DNA from: a virus
Taxonomy: Duplodnaviria; Caudoviricetes
Reading direction: 5' to 3' (one strand)
Virus record (IMG/VR): IMGVR_UViG_2907208306_000002
Coordinates: 1-64,000 of that record
DNA: 64,000 nucleotides
The notes under the pieces are model-generated. The model worked only from the letters and a program-made list of their open reading frames with translations, had not been told where the DNA came from and did no database searches. The translations under genes and the position numbers were made by a program. How positions within the stretch are numbered: the first letter of the stretch is position 1; every line of letters starts with the position of its first letter. This document shows positions 20,584 through 30,542 of the stretch, in pieces.

Positions 20584-21018
20584 TTATTTAACTTTCACGT
20601 CTAGTCCTTGTTTCTTGAGTCCGACATACAACGCAGCTACGTGACCCCTGGTATCTGCAAGTTCTTCTTTAGTAGCTTCAACAAAGTCACGAGGTCTGCC
20701 ATAGTAGGGGAATTCAAAATCGTAACCATCTCCGCTGACGATAACTTCACTCACATTCTTATCTCCATCCATGCGATGCGACTCAATGGATAATGTAGTA
20801 TCATTGACCATTGTCGTAAGGATGTTTTCGTCATCAGTTAGACCGCCATCATCTTTTTGTCTTTCGTATAAAACAGGTTCATAAACTGCATATACAACAT
20901 CTTCAATTTTCTCTTTCATTGTTTCTCTGCCAACTTGAGCAACACTTGTTTGAAGTGACTTACTTATTTTCGCTTTAATCAGGTTCTCAAGCTCTTTTAA
21001 GTCTTTTGCTTTAGGCAT
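20584..21018 (-). CDS. Tail-associated protein (YomN-like)
   Basis: VYAVYEP..YER and PRDFVEAT motifs; position. Confidence 0.6.
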   Translation of the reverse strand: MPKAKDLKELENLIKAKISKSLQTSVAQVGRETMKEKIEDVVYAVYEPVLYERQKDDGGLTDDENILTTMVNDTTLSIESHRMDGDKNVSEVIVSGDGYDFEFPYYGRPRDFVEATKEELADTRGHVAALYVGLKKQGLDVKVK

Positions 21019-21478
21019 TTACTTCACCAGTTGAAAGAGAAGAGGAGATTGCATATTCGCCAATAAGTTTTCCAAGGCGATTACTATTTTTTGCGAGTTT
21101 ATCATATACTTTGTTCAATTCTGACTCTTCATAGGAATTAATCACTTCCTCAAGAATGCCTGTATCATACAGTACCTTTGCAACTTCAATAAACTTAGCC
21201 ACATTACGGTCTTTAGGAATCATTGGGACATTGGAGAACTCTCTTAAAATTAATGTTTGAAGAATGGCTCCCGTTCCTCGAATAAACTCGTCGTCAATTT
21301 GATTTCCTCTACTTACTTCCTCAAACATAGACAGATAGTCGAAGATAACTGTATCGATTTTCGATTCCTTAAATGCGATATCGATTACTACTTCTTTATC
21401 ACCTAATACATATACAGTCTTTTTTTTATCTTTAGACTTTGCTGCGTTGTTAATAGCAGACGCTGTTAGTTTACTCAT
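21011..21478 (-). CDS. Putative tail assembly chaperone
   Basis: Follows tail tube gene. Confidence 0.5.
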   Translation of the reverse strand: MSKLTASAINNAAKSKDKKKTVYVLGDKEVVIDIAFKESKIDTVIFDYLSMFEEVSRGNQIDDEFIRGTGAILQTLILREFSNVPMIPKDRNVAKFIEVAKVLYDTGILEEVINSYEESELNKVYDKLAKNSNRLGKLIGEYAISSSLSTGEVNA

Positions 21479-21570
21479 TTATTTCACTCCCGTTTTATTG
21501 ATGTGTCCTAAGACACTTTATTAAACATTCTTTTGAGAAGAAGGCTCTAAAAATGCCTTAATAAAAAGTA

Positions 21571-21605
21571 AAAAGAAGAGACTATATCAAAATAGTCTCT
21601 TCTTT
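21571..21605 (-). terminator. Intrinsic terminator after tail tube gene
   Basis: AAAGAAGAGACTAT / ATAGTCTCTTCTTT stem with T tract. Confidence 0.75.
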
Positions 21606-21626
21606 GAAAGTGTTATATTTATTTAA

Positions 21627-22424
21627 TTAAGCGACTTCATTTTGATCGTAAATAGTCATTGTGTACAGTTCATTGCCATTAACCGGCTTTAGGATTTGCA
21701 TTGGAATATCAAATGCAGAAGGATCTCCATCAGCAGCCATCGAAATTGTCCAGTTATCTTCCATCTTGGCTTTATTAATTACAATTTGTGCAGCATAATC
21801 TTTCTCATCTTCTGTATTACGAACAAGGCAATCAAGTACAACTTTATATGTACCAGCGAACTTGTCAGAAGATACGGTAATGGTTTTCGCTGTTGTTCCA
21901 GTGTTAACTTTGTAGTAAACTGCAACTTCTTCGCCATCCTCAAACTCTCCATCTGCAAAGGTAACCACTTTAGCAGCAAGAGTGTACTCACCAGTTTCTG
22001 CAGTATCTGATGCAAATGTAATCTCTTCGCCATGTGTACCATCAGCATTCAGTTTGTAAACGCTGATTAGTCCTTTAGCGGCATCTAGCGGAGTCGATTT
22101 CAGTGTCACCTTATCAGAAGCAACTTTCAATGCTTCTCTTTGGTACACAGATTTCGCACCAGTAGCAATATCGTTACCCGTCATCATTGCAATAACCTCA
22201 TTAGTGAATACTGCGTCTTGAAGTGTTACCGTACCACCACGGTTACCAGAAAATCCAACGATGTTGGCATTACCGCGACCACCTTTTGCATAAACGGTTT
22301 CGGCGGTATTCTCAAGACCAGAAGTTTTGAGGTTCGTTAATTGGACACGAGCTTTACCCGTAGATAGATCATAGAATGTAGCAAGCGCTACTTCTCGTAC
22401 TGCCCATACGTTTGGTGTTGCCAT
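21627..22424 (-). CDS. Major tail tube protein (YomU-like)
   Basis: LKTSGLE..GGRGN and AADGDPSAFDI motifs; terminator downstream. Confidence 0.75.
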   Translation of the reverse strand: MATPNVWAVREVALATFYDLSTGKARVQLTNLKTSGLENTAETVYAKGGRGNANIVGFSGNRGGTVTLQDAVFTNEVIAMMTGNDIATGAKSVYQREALKVASDKVTLKSTPLDAAKGLISVYKLNADGTHGEEITFASDTAETGEYTLAAKVVTFADGEFEDGEEVAVYYKVNTGTTAKTITVSSDKFAGTYKVVLDCLVRNTEDEKDYAAQIVINKAKMEDNWTISMAADGDPSAFDIPMQILKPVNGNELYTMTIYDQNEVA

Positions 22425-22440
22425 TAAATAATTCCTCCAT

Positions 22441-23160
22441 TTATGTATTTATTTTATTTGCCCAGTGAATATCGGACATTTTTATGTTTTTACCATCTAT
22501 AGTGCCTGCGTACATTCCTGTAAGAGTATGATGATAGTTATCAATATTGTTTGTGATATAAAAACCACTATAGATTTGGAAGATGTTTAAATCAAATACA
22601 TTAAAGATATTTAAACCATTCTGCTTCCAAGCTAGGGCGGTAACAATGCTTACTAAGTCCATTTTTTCTTTTGGTTTAGGCTGCTTTTTTCTGTTCTTTA
22701 AAATTGCATTTATCATTTCTTGTGCTTTAGAGTTACCAGGTTTAAACTCTGGTTCTTTTTCGAACTTTATATGATTTGCAGTTTTAATTGCATGCTGAAA
22801 GCTATCAAAGTTGGAATGATCAAGCCTTCCATCGTCTCCAATAATAAAAAATGCTTCATACATGCTGTCAGTCATGACAACATTTGATCTGAAAAGCATT
22901 TTTAAAGCTGCCAAAGAAGCATTTCTGAAGTCTTCATCGTGATAACAGTTTGCATAGAATACGTCAAAATTGGTGATAGAATCATCTATGCTTTGCTGAA
23001 GCATGGTTTTATCGATTATTAGCTGTGCCAAAAGTTGATTATATGTACTTAGGCCTATCTCGGACACTTCGCGAAATGTTGGAATATAAATAAATCCAGC
23101 CTTGTCTAATGGAATAGGGAGGTTAGCTAGTAGTTTGCATTCCAGGTCTTCTTGGTTCAT
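22441..23160 (-). CDS. Virion morphogenesis protein
   Basis: Position in head-tail cluster. Confidence 0.55.
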   Translation of the reverse strand: MNQEDLECKLLANLPIPLDKAGFIYIPTFREVSEIGLSTYNQLLAQLIIDKTMLQQSIDDSITNFDVFYANCYHDEDFRNASLAALKMLFRSNVVMTDSMYEAFFIIGDDGRLDHSNFDSFQHAIKTANHIKFEKEPEFKPGNSKAQEMINAILKNRKKQPKPKEKMDLVSIVTALAWKQNGLNIFNVFDLNIFQIYSGFYITNNIDNYHHTLTGMYAGTIDGKNIKMSDIHWANKINT

Positions 23161-23164
23161 ATAA

Positions 23165-23632
23165 TCACTCCACTAACTTGAAAGAGGTATAGAACCCTGC
23201 GTAACTGTCGTTAACATACATCTCATCCATCTTATAAAAATTGGTTTTTCCAATTCCTATCCCTCGCTGACCATCCATTAGTTTGTTAATCTCATCCAAT
23301 AAGTAGTCACTTCTGAGAAATCCATAATCAGTTCTCATTAGGCTATTGTGAATGATTACGTAGAGATAAATATATCCTTTGGTAAATCGGTTGTTGATTG
23401 GTCCATAACCTCTAAAAGCCATTGTGATATAACTTTTTGCCTCGACACTCAACTCAGGCACTTTGCTTGTTGGATAGATGTTTTCATAAAACAAATCGCT
23501 ACCATCTTCAATGTCTGGCTTATCTAAGAAGTCACTATCTGGGTAATACAGTGCTTTACACAAGTCAGGTGAGCCGATAAGCCTTAGCATAATCGTTTCT
23601 TTGTCTTTGCTTAAATCCTTTAATCTGCTCAT
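23165..23632 (-). CDS. Tail completion/terminator-like protein
   Basis: Position; RSDY..GIGIGK motif. Confidence 0.5.
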   Translation of the reverse strand: MSRLKDLSKDKETIMLRLIGSPDLCKALYYPDSDFLDKPDIEDGSDLFYENIYPTSKVPELSVEAKSYITMAFRGYGPINNRFTKGYIYLYVIIHNSLMRTDYGFLRSDYLLDEINKLMDGQRGIGIGKTNFYKMDEMYVNDSYAGFYTSFKLVE

Positions 23633-23645
23633 CGAACACACCTCC

Positions 23646-24836
23646 TCAGATAGCAGATTTTATTTGAATCTGTTTTGATGAAGAAATTAACCCATCATCT
23701 GATTCAACATGTAGTAAGACATAACCAATAGAATCTCCCCGAACAGAGCATGCGTTGTTCGATTGAGATGTAATTATTGCCGATGAGGTAGAATTACCAT
23801 TTAAATCGGTTAGCCTAAACAATCCAGATATATGAACTTCGGTTCCATTGTCACAAAAGACACAATTATAAGATTTTGATTTTGACTTAGTAATCGTAGT
23901 GTCACCATTAATCATTACTGAATAGTTATGACTTTCGACAACTGATATTGTAACTTCGATTATCATATAAACATCCTTATATCCGACAGTTACTGTAGCT
24001 TGACCATCAGAAATACCGGTTATAAGTCCTAATTCATCGACAGTGCAAATATCGGGGTCCGAAGATACAAAAGATAGAGTAGGGGAGAGGAGAGGAGTCC
24101 CATTATTAGTGACTGTAACAGAGGGGATAAAAGTATCTCCGACTTTTAATGAAATGTTTGTTTGATCAAGTTGGATAGAGTAATTTGGTTTAACATAATC
24201 AGCAATGCGCAGTTCAACATTATCCTTTGATGGGTCGATTGCATCAGCATCAAGAACAAGATATATCAAGTTGTCTTCAAGTCTATCAATAGCGCTTATT
24301 TTCCAGGCTCGACCATCAAAAACAAACCTTCGTCCCTTTGTGAAAAGAGAGGTGTGAGTATTATTTTGAATTGTCAACTGTCTTCGCTCATTATCCAGGT
24401 TGATAATTTTCCCGTCTTGAATACCAAAGTTACTCAACGCAGTTGTTGTATAAGTAAACCAAGTCTCTTGAACATCACCAGCGGAATCAAGCCACTTTAG
24501 AGTTGATAAGCATTTACGCAATATGCCACTCTTATAAACTTCACTGTTTTCATCGTAGTGAATGACAATCCACTTATCATTTTTCCATTCTACAGTTCTA
24601 CCGGCTATGATTGACGAATGAAATGGTGCAATGAAATCCTTAGTATCCTTTGCATCACTATTATCTGTGATTTGAAGATCGTATTTATCATTGGAATCTA
24701 CATCTACTACCTGATAGTAAACAGGAGATTCTTTAAATACAGAATTTAAATTCTGTTCACTAACATTCACTCTGATGTCACGGATATTTGCTCCATACAT
24801 TTCATCACGTAATTTATACTTGTCTTTATAACTCAT
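23646..24836 (-). CDS. Head closure protein with Ig-like (Big_2) domain
   Basis: FVSSDPDICTVDELGLITGISDGQATVTV Ig motif. Confidence 0.65.
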   Translation of the reverse strand: MSYKDKYKLRDEMYGANIRDIRVNVSEQNLNSVFKESPVYYQVVDVDSNDKYDLQITDNSDAKDTKDFIAPFHSSIIAGRTVEWKNDKWIVIHYDENSEVYKSGILRKCLSTLKWLDSAGDVQETWFTYTTTALSNFGIQDGKIINLDNERRQLTIQNNTHTSLFTKGRRFVFDGRAWKISAIDRLEDNLIYLVLDADAIDPSKDNVELRIADYVKPNYSIQLDQTNISLKVGDTFIPSVTVTNNGTPLLSPTLSFVSSDPDICTVDELGLITGISDGQATVTVGYKDVYMIIEVTISVVESHNYSVMINGDTTITKSKSKSYNCVFCDNGTEVHISGLFRLTDLNGNSTSSAIITSQSNNACSVRGDSIGYVLLHVESDDGLISSSKQIQIKSAI

Positions 24837-25258
24837 TTGAGGTTACCCAAATTACCATTGTTATAGGTGTAATCGAGTATAAGTTTCTCTGCTTCTTTTC
24901 TCTTGGTATCCCTAATATCCAATAGCTGCTTTAAATGTGCCGCTTGAGATGTCATTGAGAAATCTTTTGTTGACATGAATTGTTTTAGATTCTCAATAGA
25001 TATAATAAGTGGATTAAGGTATTCAACAACCATCAGCGTTCCGAGTATTAATATGTCTTCGTCTCCAAGTCTCTCTTCAAAAGACAGTCCATCTCGCTTG
25101 GACAAATCTAATTTACACTTTCTAAATCGAGGAATACTGTTCAGCAGATATCGATATTTTAGGCCGTCATCAGCATCATTCTCCATGAAAATAGAGTCCG
25201 ATATCTGACTTAAAAACACATCGTAAATTTCATCAAATTGAGTTCCCACTAGCAACAC
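24833..25258 (-). CDS. Head-tail adaptor-like protein
   Basis: TQFDEIYDVFLSQISD and KDFSMTSQAAHL motifs; position. Confidence 0.6.
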   Translation of the reverse strand: MLLVGTQFDEIYDVFLSQISDSIFMENDADDGLKYRYLLNSIPRFRKCKLDLSKRDGLSFEERLGDEDILILGTLMVVEYLNPLIISIENLKQFMSTKDFSMTSQAAHLKQLLDIRDTKRKEAEKLILDYTYNNGNLGNLK

Positions 25259-25263
25259 CCCAA

Positions 25264-25800
25264 TTAGTTATTAGGGTCTAGTTTTTGTCCTAAACCTTCT
25301 TCGATTGCTTTGATGACATGAACATCTCTAAGTTCCCCAACTAAATATTTATCTCTTGCAAATCCAAAAATCAGAGATTTAGTATTCGCATTCGCTTCTT
25401 TAATTGCTTGTTTAATTTGCTCAGGAGATTGTCCAAGAATATGATTGATGTCATCTAAATCAACAACATTTTTCTGGAATCGAGCAAGGTTCAAATATTC
25501 AACTGCCTCTTGATCCAATACCTTAAGCCATCCTTTTTCAAGGAATGATCGCTGCGACGAAAGCATTGTTCTGAGTTCGCTCAATTCCATAACGTCTTCA
25601 TCACCAAAGTCAGTGAATTTCCAGACCTGACCAGAACGAGGGGATTTATAAATCAAGCCACCTTTGACATTACTGGCTACTGAGACCAACATATTCTCGT
25701 CTAACTTTTTACGTACTTTCTTTTGTTCTTGAGTTTGTTCTTTGTTCTCTGTTTTATTTGTACTCATAGATTGTTTTGCCAAAATATTTACTCCCTTCAA
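25264..25800 (-). CDS. Hypothetical protein downstream of capsid gene (YonA-like position)
   Basis: Position; true start probably the TTG about 21 nt inside. Confidence 0.55.
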   Translation of the reverse strand: MKGVNILAKQSMSTNKTENKEQTQEQKKVRKKLDENMLVSVASNVKGGLIYKSPRSGQVWKFTDFGDEDVMELSELRTMLSSQRSFLEKGWLKVLDQEAVEYLNLARFQKNVVDLDDINHILGQSPEQIKQAIKEANANTKSLIFGFARDKYLVGELRDVHVIKAIEEGLGQKLDPNN

Positions 25801-25843
25801 AATAAATTTTTAAAGGAGGGGAGTATCCCCTCCAGTTTTGCAA

Positions 25844-26827
25844 TTAAGCCAGAATATATACGCCGTATTTAGTGGCAGTTTCCACGCCTACGCCATATTT
25901 CTTACGAAGTTCGTATTCCTTGGAGTCATCTTTATTTCCTGTTGCTTCGTTAATGAGTGCTTCACCTTCCATGACAAACTTAACAATCTTCTCATCACCG
26001 TTAGGAAGAATGAGCAGGAAGTTATTATCAATTGCAAATTCATCGGTACCGACTTTGTGTGCTTGAGGCATAATGCCGAACGTAATACCATCTACTTCTT
26101 TAAAGTAGCCATCAGCATTGCGGGCGTTTTTCATGTCCTCAGAAACGTAAGAAGGAACTGCTTTCTGAACTGCAAGACGAGTACCAATAACCATTGGATT
26201 CATGCCTGTTTGAGCACGAACATGTTCTACAAGTGTATTGAATTCATCTGCATCCCAAGATCCGGTATATTTGTACGGAGCGGTAAGGCCATTATAAGCA
26301 GCTTTAACAGCATTAAAAATTTGTTCAGTAGCTTTAGCTTTAAAAGATGCCTCGACTTTATTTACAAGTTTAACCCAATCAACACGACCGGCAAGGAAAC
26401 GTTCAAGTTCTTCATAAATTGCTACTCCATACCAATCAGTATCGATTTGGTAAGGTTGGCCTTCAGCAATTCTCTGGCGTTGCAGGTTGTTAGTGCCACC
26501 GGCAATTTTTGCAACTTCAAAGAGTTCATCGGACTCTGGAAGAAAGGAGAGTTTGTCACCGAATGCCGTAGAGCGATAATCAACGAATTGATCGAATTGA
26601 TCTTTAATTCCTTCTTCAACACGCACGTCTACAACTTCTTCAATGATCTCGAAAATGTCGTTTTTGTTTCTGCGGAATTTCTTAGCATCGAATTTACCAT
26701 CTGCGGAACCAGTAAGTTTGTTTAGAGCTTCACGAAGCTTTTCGTTAGCTTCTTCTTTGGAGTATGTTGCAACAGAGCCTTTCAATAGATCTGTTGCCAA
26801 ATCAATAATCGCATTTTGTGTTTCCAT
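25844..26827 (-). CDS. Major capsid protein
   Basis: 327 aa, strong RBS, biased codons, follows protease and decoration genes, hairpin downstream. Confidence 0.85.
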   Translation of the reverse strand: METQNAIIDLATDLLKGSVATYSKEEANEKLREALNKLTGSADGKFDAKKFRRNKNDIFEIIEEVVDVRVEEGIKDQFDQFVDYRSTAFGDKLSFLPESDELFEVAKIAGGTNNLQRQRIAEGQPYQIDTDWYGVAIYEELERFLAGRVDWVKLVNKVEASFKAKATEQIFNAVKAAYNGLTAPYKYTGSWDADEFNTLVEHVRAQTGMNPMVIGTRLAVQKAVPSYVSEDMKNARNADGYFKEVDGITFGIMPQAHKVGTDEFAIDNNFLLILPNGDEKIVKFVMEGEALINEATGNKDDSKEYELRKKYGVGVETATKYGVYILA

Positions 26828-26865
26828 AAAATTATAAATCCTCCTGTATAATTATATATATTTTA

Positions 26866-27336
26866 TTAGGCTTGAATAACGCGGAAAGTAGTTGCAGGTT
26901 GTCCGTAAAGCTTTCCTTTGCGAATAACTACCGCAGCGAATCGAGTACCACCAGTAAGATCGGCCGCTGCAGCAAGTTTTGTTTTCCCATTAGCAGGAAG
27001 GAGATACTTATCAACAGCGCTTACTCCATCAATTACATCATCAGTTACGGTAACAATGTCACCTACATAAAAATGATCAGCACGAGATGGTTTACCTGCT
27101 TTGTTTACAAAGTCAAGAAGACCTTTGCCTTTCTCATAGACTAGTTCAGGTGAGGAAACAATAAGAATTTCTTGTGTAGTTACGTCAGTCGGTGCTACAC
27201 CGTTAACCAATTCTCTTTCATTAGCAACTGGGGAACCTAGAGCTACAACTTGACCGTTTTGAGTATCAGCAGCAAGAACAATACTTTCAATATTGCCTGC
27301 TACAACAGATTGCATTTTATCTTTGCGAATCGCCAT
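26866..27336 (-). CDS. Head decoration/minor capsid protein
   Basis: Position between scaffold and capsid genes. Confidence 0.6.
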   Translation of the reverse strand: MAIRKDKMQSVVAGNIESIVLAADTQNGQVVALGSPVANERELVNGVAPTDVTTQEILIVSSPELVYEKGKGLLDFVNKAGKPSRADHFYVGDIVTVTDDVIDGVSAVDKYLLPANGKTKLAAAADLTGGTRFAAVVIRKGKLYGQPATTFRVIQA

Positions 27337-27425
27337 AATTTATAAAATCCTCCTTGGTTTTTAAAAGAAAATAAATAAACACACCATTGGTGTGTTAAAT
27401 AATTTAATATAATTTTGTTATCTGC

Positions 27426-29036
27426 TTAGCTTTCAAACAAGATATCATATGACTTGCCAGACTTTTTAGGTTTTTCGTTTTTGATTTCAATATCGATAGT
27501 CGGTTTAACGTCAACACTAAAATTTAGTTTAGCCTTTTTCTTACCGACTAAAGTAAAGAGTTTTTCCCCAATTTGTTCCAGAGAGAACTGATCCTTTGAT
27601 TCTTTGACAGGCTTCATTTCTTCATCTGATAGCTCACCAGCAAAGGAATCGAAAAGAGCTGCTTCGGCATCGCTACGTTCTTTCTGAAGTTTAGCCGAAT
27701 ACTCAGACGATACCTTTGAATACTCTTCTTGAAGTTGAGTGTACGTCTGATTAAGCGAAGTAATTTCATTGTCTTTTTCAGACAATTTAGCTTCAAACTC
27801 AGCTTTTGTGCTTTCAGATGTGTGTGACTTAACCTGGTTGGCAAAGTTTTTAATGGATTCACTAAATAAAGAAGTGTTTTCATCGTTTAGATCCATCGGT
27901 GCATAGTTCACCTTAAATCTTTGTAATGATTCCTTTTCAATGTTTACCTTGTCACCAGATACCGAATAATTGAATCCAATAATATACCAATTGTCGTAAT
28001 CATAAGCAACTACATACTTATTATCAGTATCAACATCCACTAAAGAATACTTTGGATATTCAAAGCCCCAGTATTCATCAGTGATTGTACCAAAACTAGA
28101 AATTTCACGACCAACTTCTTCAAACAATTGAGAACCTGTAAGTGCAAAAGTATCAACTTTTTCAGTTTCAGATGTTTCTTGTTTATCTGCAACAGTAAAT
28201 TTTGTTTTTACTTTATTTTCGAGTTCTTCAAGTGAGAAGTCTTCGTGGTTAATTCCTTTTGCTTGCAAGTCTTCAACTGTCAAATTGTAAGACTTCAGCA
28301 TCGCTAGAATTTCTTCCACTTTATTTCCTCCTTGCGAATCATTTATTTTAACCTCAGAAGAGGATGATTCTGTTAAAGAATATTTGAGTTCATTTAGCAT
28401 TTGTTTAAAATCTTCTTTAAACTTATCTTTATCTAATTGATAAGCTACAATAGACGCAGATTCGAAGCAAGGTTCTACATGTCCATCAGGATCAGATTCT
28501 TTATCGATTCCCAAAATACATAAGGCCGAGAACAAAAATTTCTCAACTTCATAAGCCTTTTGACCATTGATGTTAGAATAATTACCCTTCTGCACTTCAA
28601 TTTCCATGGATTGATTAAACTGTTGTCCAATTAACATTTGTGCTTCAGGATAACGACCCGTCCATAAGAAAGCATTATCAACAACGAGGTACTCGTTAGT
28701 AGATCCATCTGCCTCGACAACTTCTTCCCAATATATAATTGCGCTCTCAGGAACAAGACCATATGGAACTGTAGTATTAACCCATTTCGGTTTGTCGCCT
28801 GACACATCAATTGTGCCCCCATGCCCGCCAAAGTTATCTGCTTCCTGTTGATACTCTCCGACAATAGGGATATTAAACATTGACGGCAAAGCTTCTTCAA
28901 TGGATTTACGAGATAGGTAAGAGTTGTTTCGATTTAAGCCTGCATATAAAACTCTGATTTTACACTTTGAAAAGAGGGGGTTTATTTTTTCAACATCCGA
29001 GATCTGTACATCAAAGCGTAGAGTGCTGTCATTCAA
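27426..29036 (-). CDS. Prohead protease/scaffold fusion (YonD-like)
   Basis: NRNNS, LWTGRY, QSMEI, FSALCILG, PCFESA motifs; acidic coiled C-terminus. Confidence 0.8.
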   Translation of the reverse strand: MNDSTLRFDVQISDVEKINPLFSKCKIRVLYAGLNRNNSYLSRKSIEEALPSMFNIPIVGEYQQEADNFGGHGGTIDVSGDKPKWVNTTVPYGLVPESAIIYWEEVVEADGSTNEYLVVDNAFLWTGRYPEAQMLIGQQFNQSMEIEVQKGNYSNINGQKAYEVEKFLFSALCILGIDKESDPDGHVEPCFESASIVAYQLDKDKFKEDFKQMLNELKYSLTESSSSEVKINDSQGGNKVEEILAMLKSYNLTVEDLQAKGINHEDFSLEELENKVKTKFTVADKQETSETEKVDTFALTGSQLFEEVGREISSFGTITDEYWGFEYPKYSLVDVDTDNKYVVAYDYDNWYIIGFNYSVSGDKVNIEKESLQRFKVNYAPMDLNDENTSLFSESIKNFANQVKSHTSESTKAEFEAKLSEKDNEITSLNQTYTQLQEEYSKVSSEYSAKLQKERSDAEAALFDSFAGELSDEEMKPVKESKDQFSLEQIGEKLFTLVGKKKAKLNFSVDVKPTIDIEIKNEKPKKSGKSYDILFES

Positions 29037-29050
29037 TAATTATCACCTCC

Positions 29051-30529
29051 TTAACCATCTACATTACTTTCCAGGTCTCGTGTCTGCAATCCCTTATCAC
29101 TCAAATCGGTTTCGTTTTTGGTTGGAGCGCCATTTTGACTAGTGGGGTCTCCTGATGCAGTGTGACTGGATTTCAGTGGAACAAGTTTAGAAGGTAATTC
29201 CAGCACTTCATTTTCAAGATATGTATTTAAATACATCGAACTTGGTTGTGAACCCATGACGGCAAGTATTTCATTCTTAACTGGCATTCCAAACTGAGCT
29301 GCTTTAAGTCTGCTATCTAGGTAGGCGTCCTTATTGTGCTTAGTCGTTTCAAGAATCCTAACTCTGAACTTATAGTTTCCAGTTTGAGTGGCCTTCAAAT
29401 GTTCATTGATCCAACGTTCAATATCTCTGATTAATACTGATGCATCAGATTCGTCCGCAATAATAGATGATTTTAAAGCTGCACTTGAATTCGAATTTGA
29501 ACCAAACAACAACTCAGAAACACCGGCTTCATTCCAGTATTGACTTGTGGCCTGACCTACTTTGTTTTTATCTATAGAGTCACGGTCAAAATTGATTGCT
29601 TGGATATCCATAGGGGAGGTCATCAAACCAACTTGAGGAGGAAGATTTTCTTCAATATTGTCATGGAAGACTTGTGCGAAGTCCTTGTCAATGAGAAATG
29701 AATTTATCTGCGCATCCTTATCTGTTCTCATCGGGATTTTTTGAAAAAGAAGTTTATAGTTCCCGATTTCCTCATTGTTCTTATTTAATGCTTTGAAGTC
29801 GGCAATATCTAATAATCCTTCAAACAATGAAACAAATGGGGGAATGGCGCAAGTGTCACTATTTGTTTTGATACAGATTGCAAGCGGTGACTCGATTCTT
29901 ACAGTAGTCTCACTCGACTTCTTATCTCGTATTTTTTTATAAATATCTTGAAATTCTTCTGGATACGATTCTATTTTATTGGTCGATGAATTTATTGATG
30001 TAAAATCAAATGAATATCCGAGAAGTCCAGTTGTTGCATCAATAAATGACAATCGGCAATAATCAGGATTTAACTCCTGGATGTAAAAACCATCTTTTGA
30101 TACCCTCGCAAATCCAAAAAAGATACCGTCTCTATATGCAATTAACCTGGCTTTAGTAAATTCATTTCTTATATTCATCCGCTCAACATAATTGACATGG
30201 GTGAGATATGCATTTTTGAATTTTGTTTTGTTGATTTTGTCTGGGTTAATATCGTATCCTTCTACCACATAATCCAAGTTAAATAATGTGGCATAATAAT
30301 TTATTAACCTACGATACTGTGATGATGAATAATAAAGTTGTTTACTTATATCTCTCAGTTTCTTTTGATTGTCGGGATTCGTTCTGTCTTTCAAATACTT
30401 CTTCAAATCATCTTTAGTATATGTACCAATAATTCGGTTTGAGCCGTTTTCTGAATTTAAACTTATTAATGCTATTTGTTTAAATGCATCAATCATCTGT
30501 TGCTTAGTAAAGTTAGAAGTTTGTTCCAA
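29051..30529 (-). CDS. Portal protein
   Basis: 492 aa between terminase and protease. Confidence 0.8.
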   Translation of the reverse strand: MEQTSNFTKQQMIDAFKQIALISLNSENGSNRIIGTYTKDDLKKYLKDRTNPDNQKKLRDISKQLYYSSSQYRRLINYYATLFNLDYVVEGYDINPDKINKTKFKNAYLTHVNYVERMNIRNEFTKARLIAYRDGIFFGFARVSKDGFYIQELNPDYCRLSFIDATTGLLGYSFDFTSINSSTNKIESYPEEFQDIYKKIRDKKSSETTVRIESPLAICIKTNSDTCAIPPFVSLFEGLLDIADFKALNKNNEEIGNYKLLFQKIPMRTDKDAQINSFLIDKDFAQVFHDNIEENLPPQVGLMTSPMDIQAINFDRDSIDKNKVGQATSQYWNEAGVSELLFGSNSNSSAALKSSIIADESDASVLIRDIERWINEHLKATQTGNYKFRVRILETTKHNKDAYLDSRLKAAQFGMPVKNEILAVMGSQPSSMYLNTYLENEVLELPSKLVPLKSSHTASGDPTSQNGAPTKNETDLSDKGLQTRDLESNVDG

Positions 30530-30542
30530 TTTATCACCACCT

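Noticed and set aside
25838-26725. 295-aa + strand ORF
   Set aside because: Antisense shadow of the codon-biased capsid gene. The same applies to the antisense ORFs inside the TMP, tail tube and RNAP genes.
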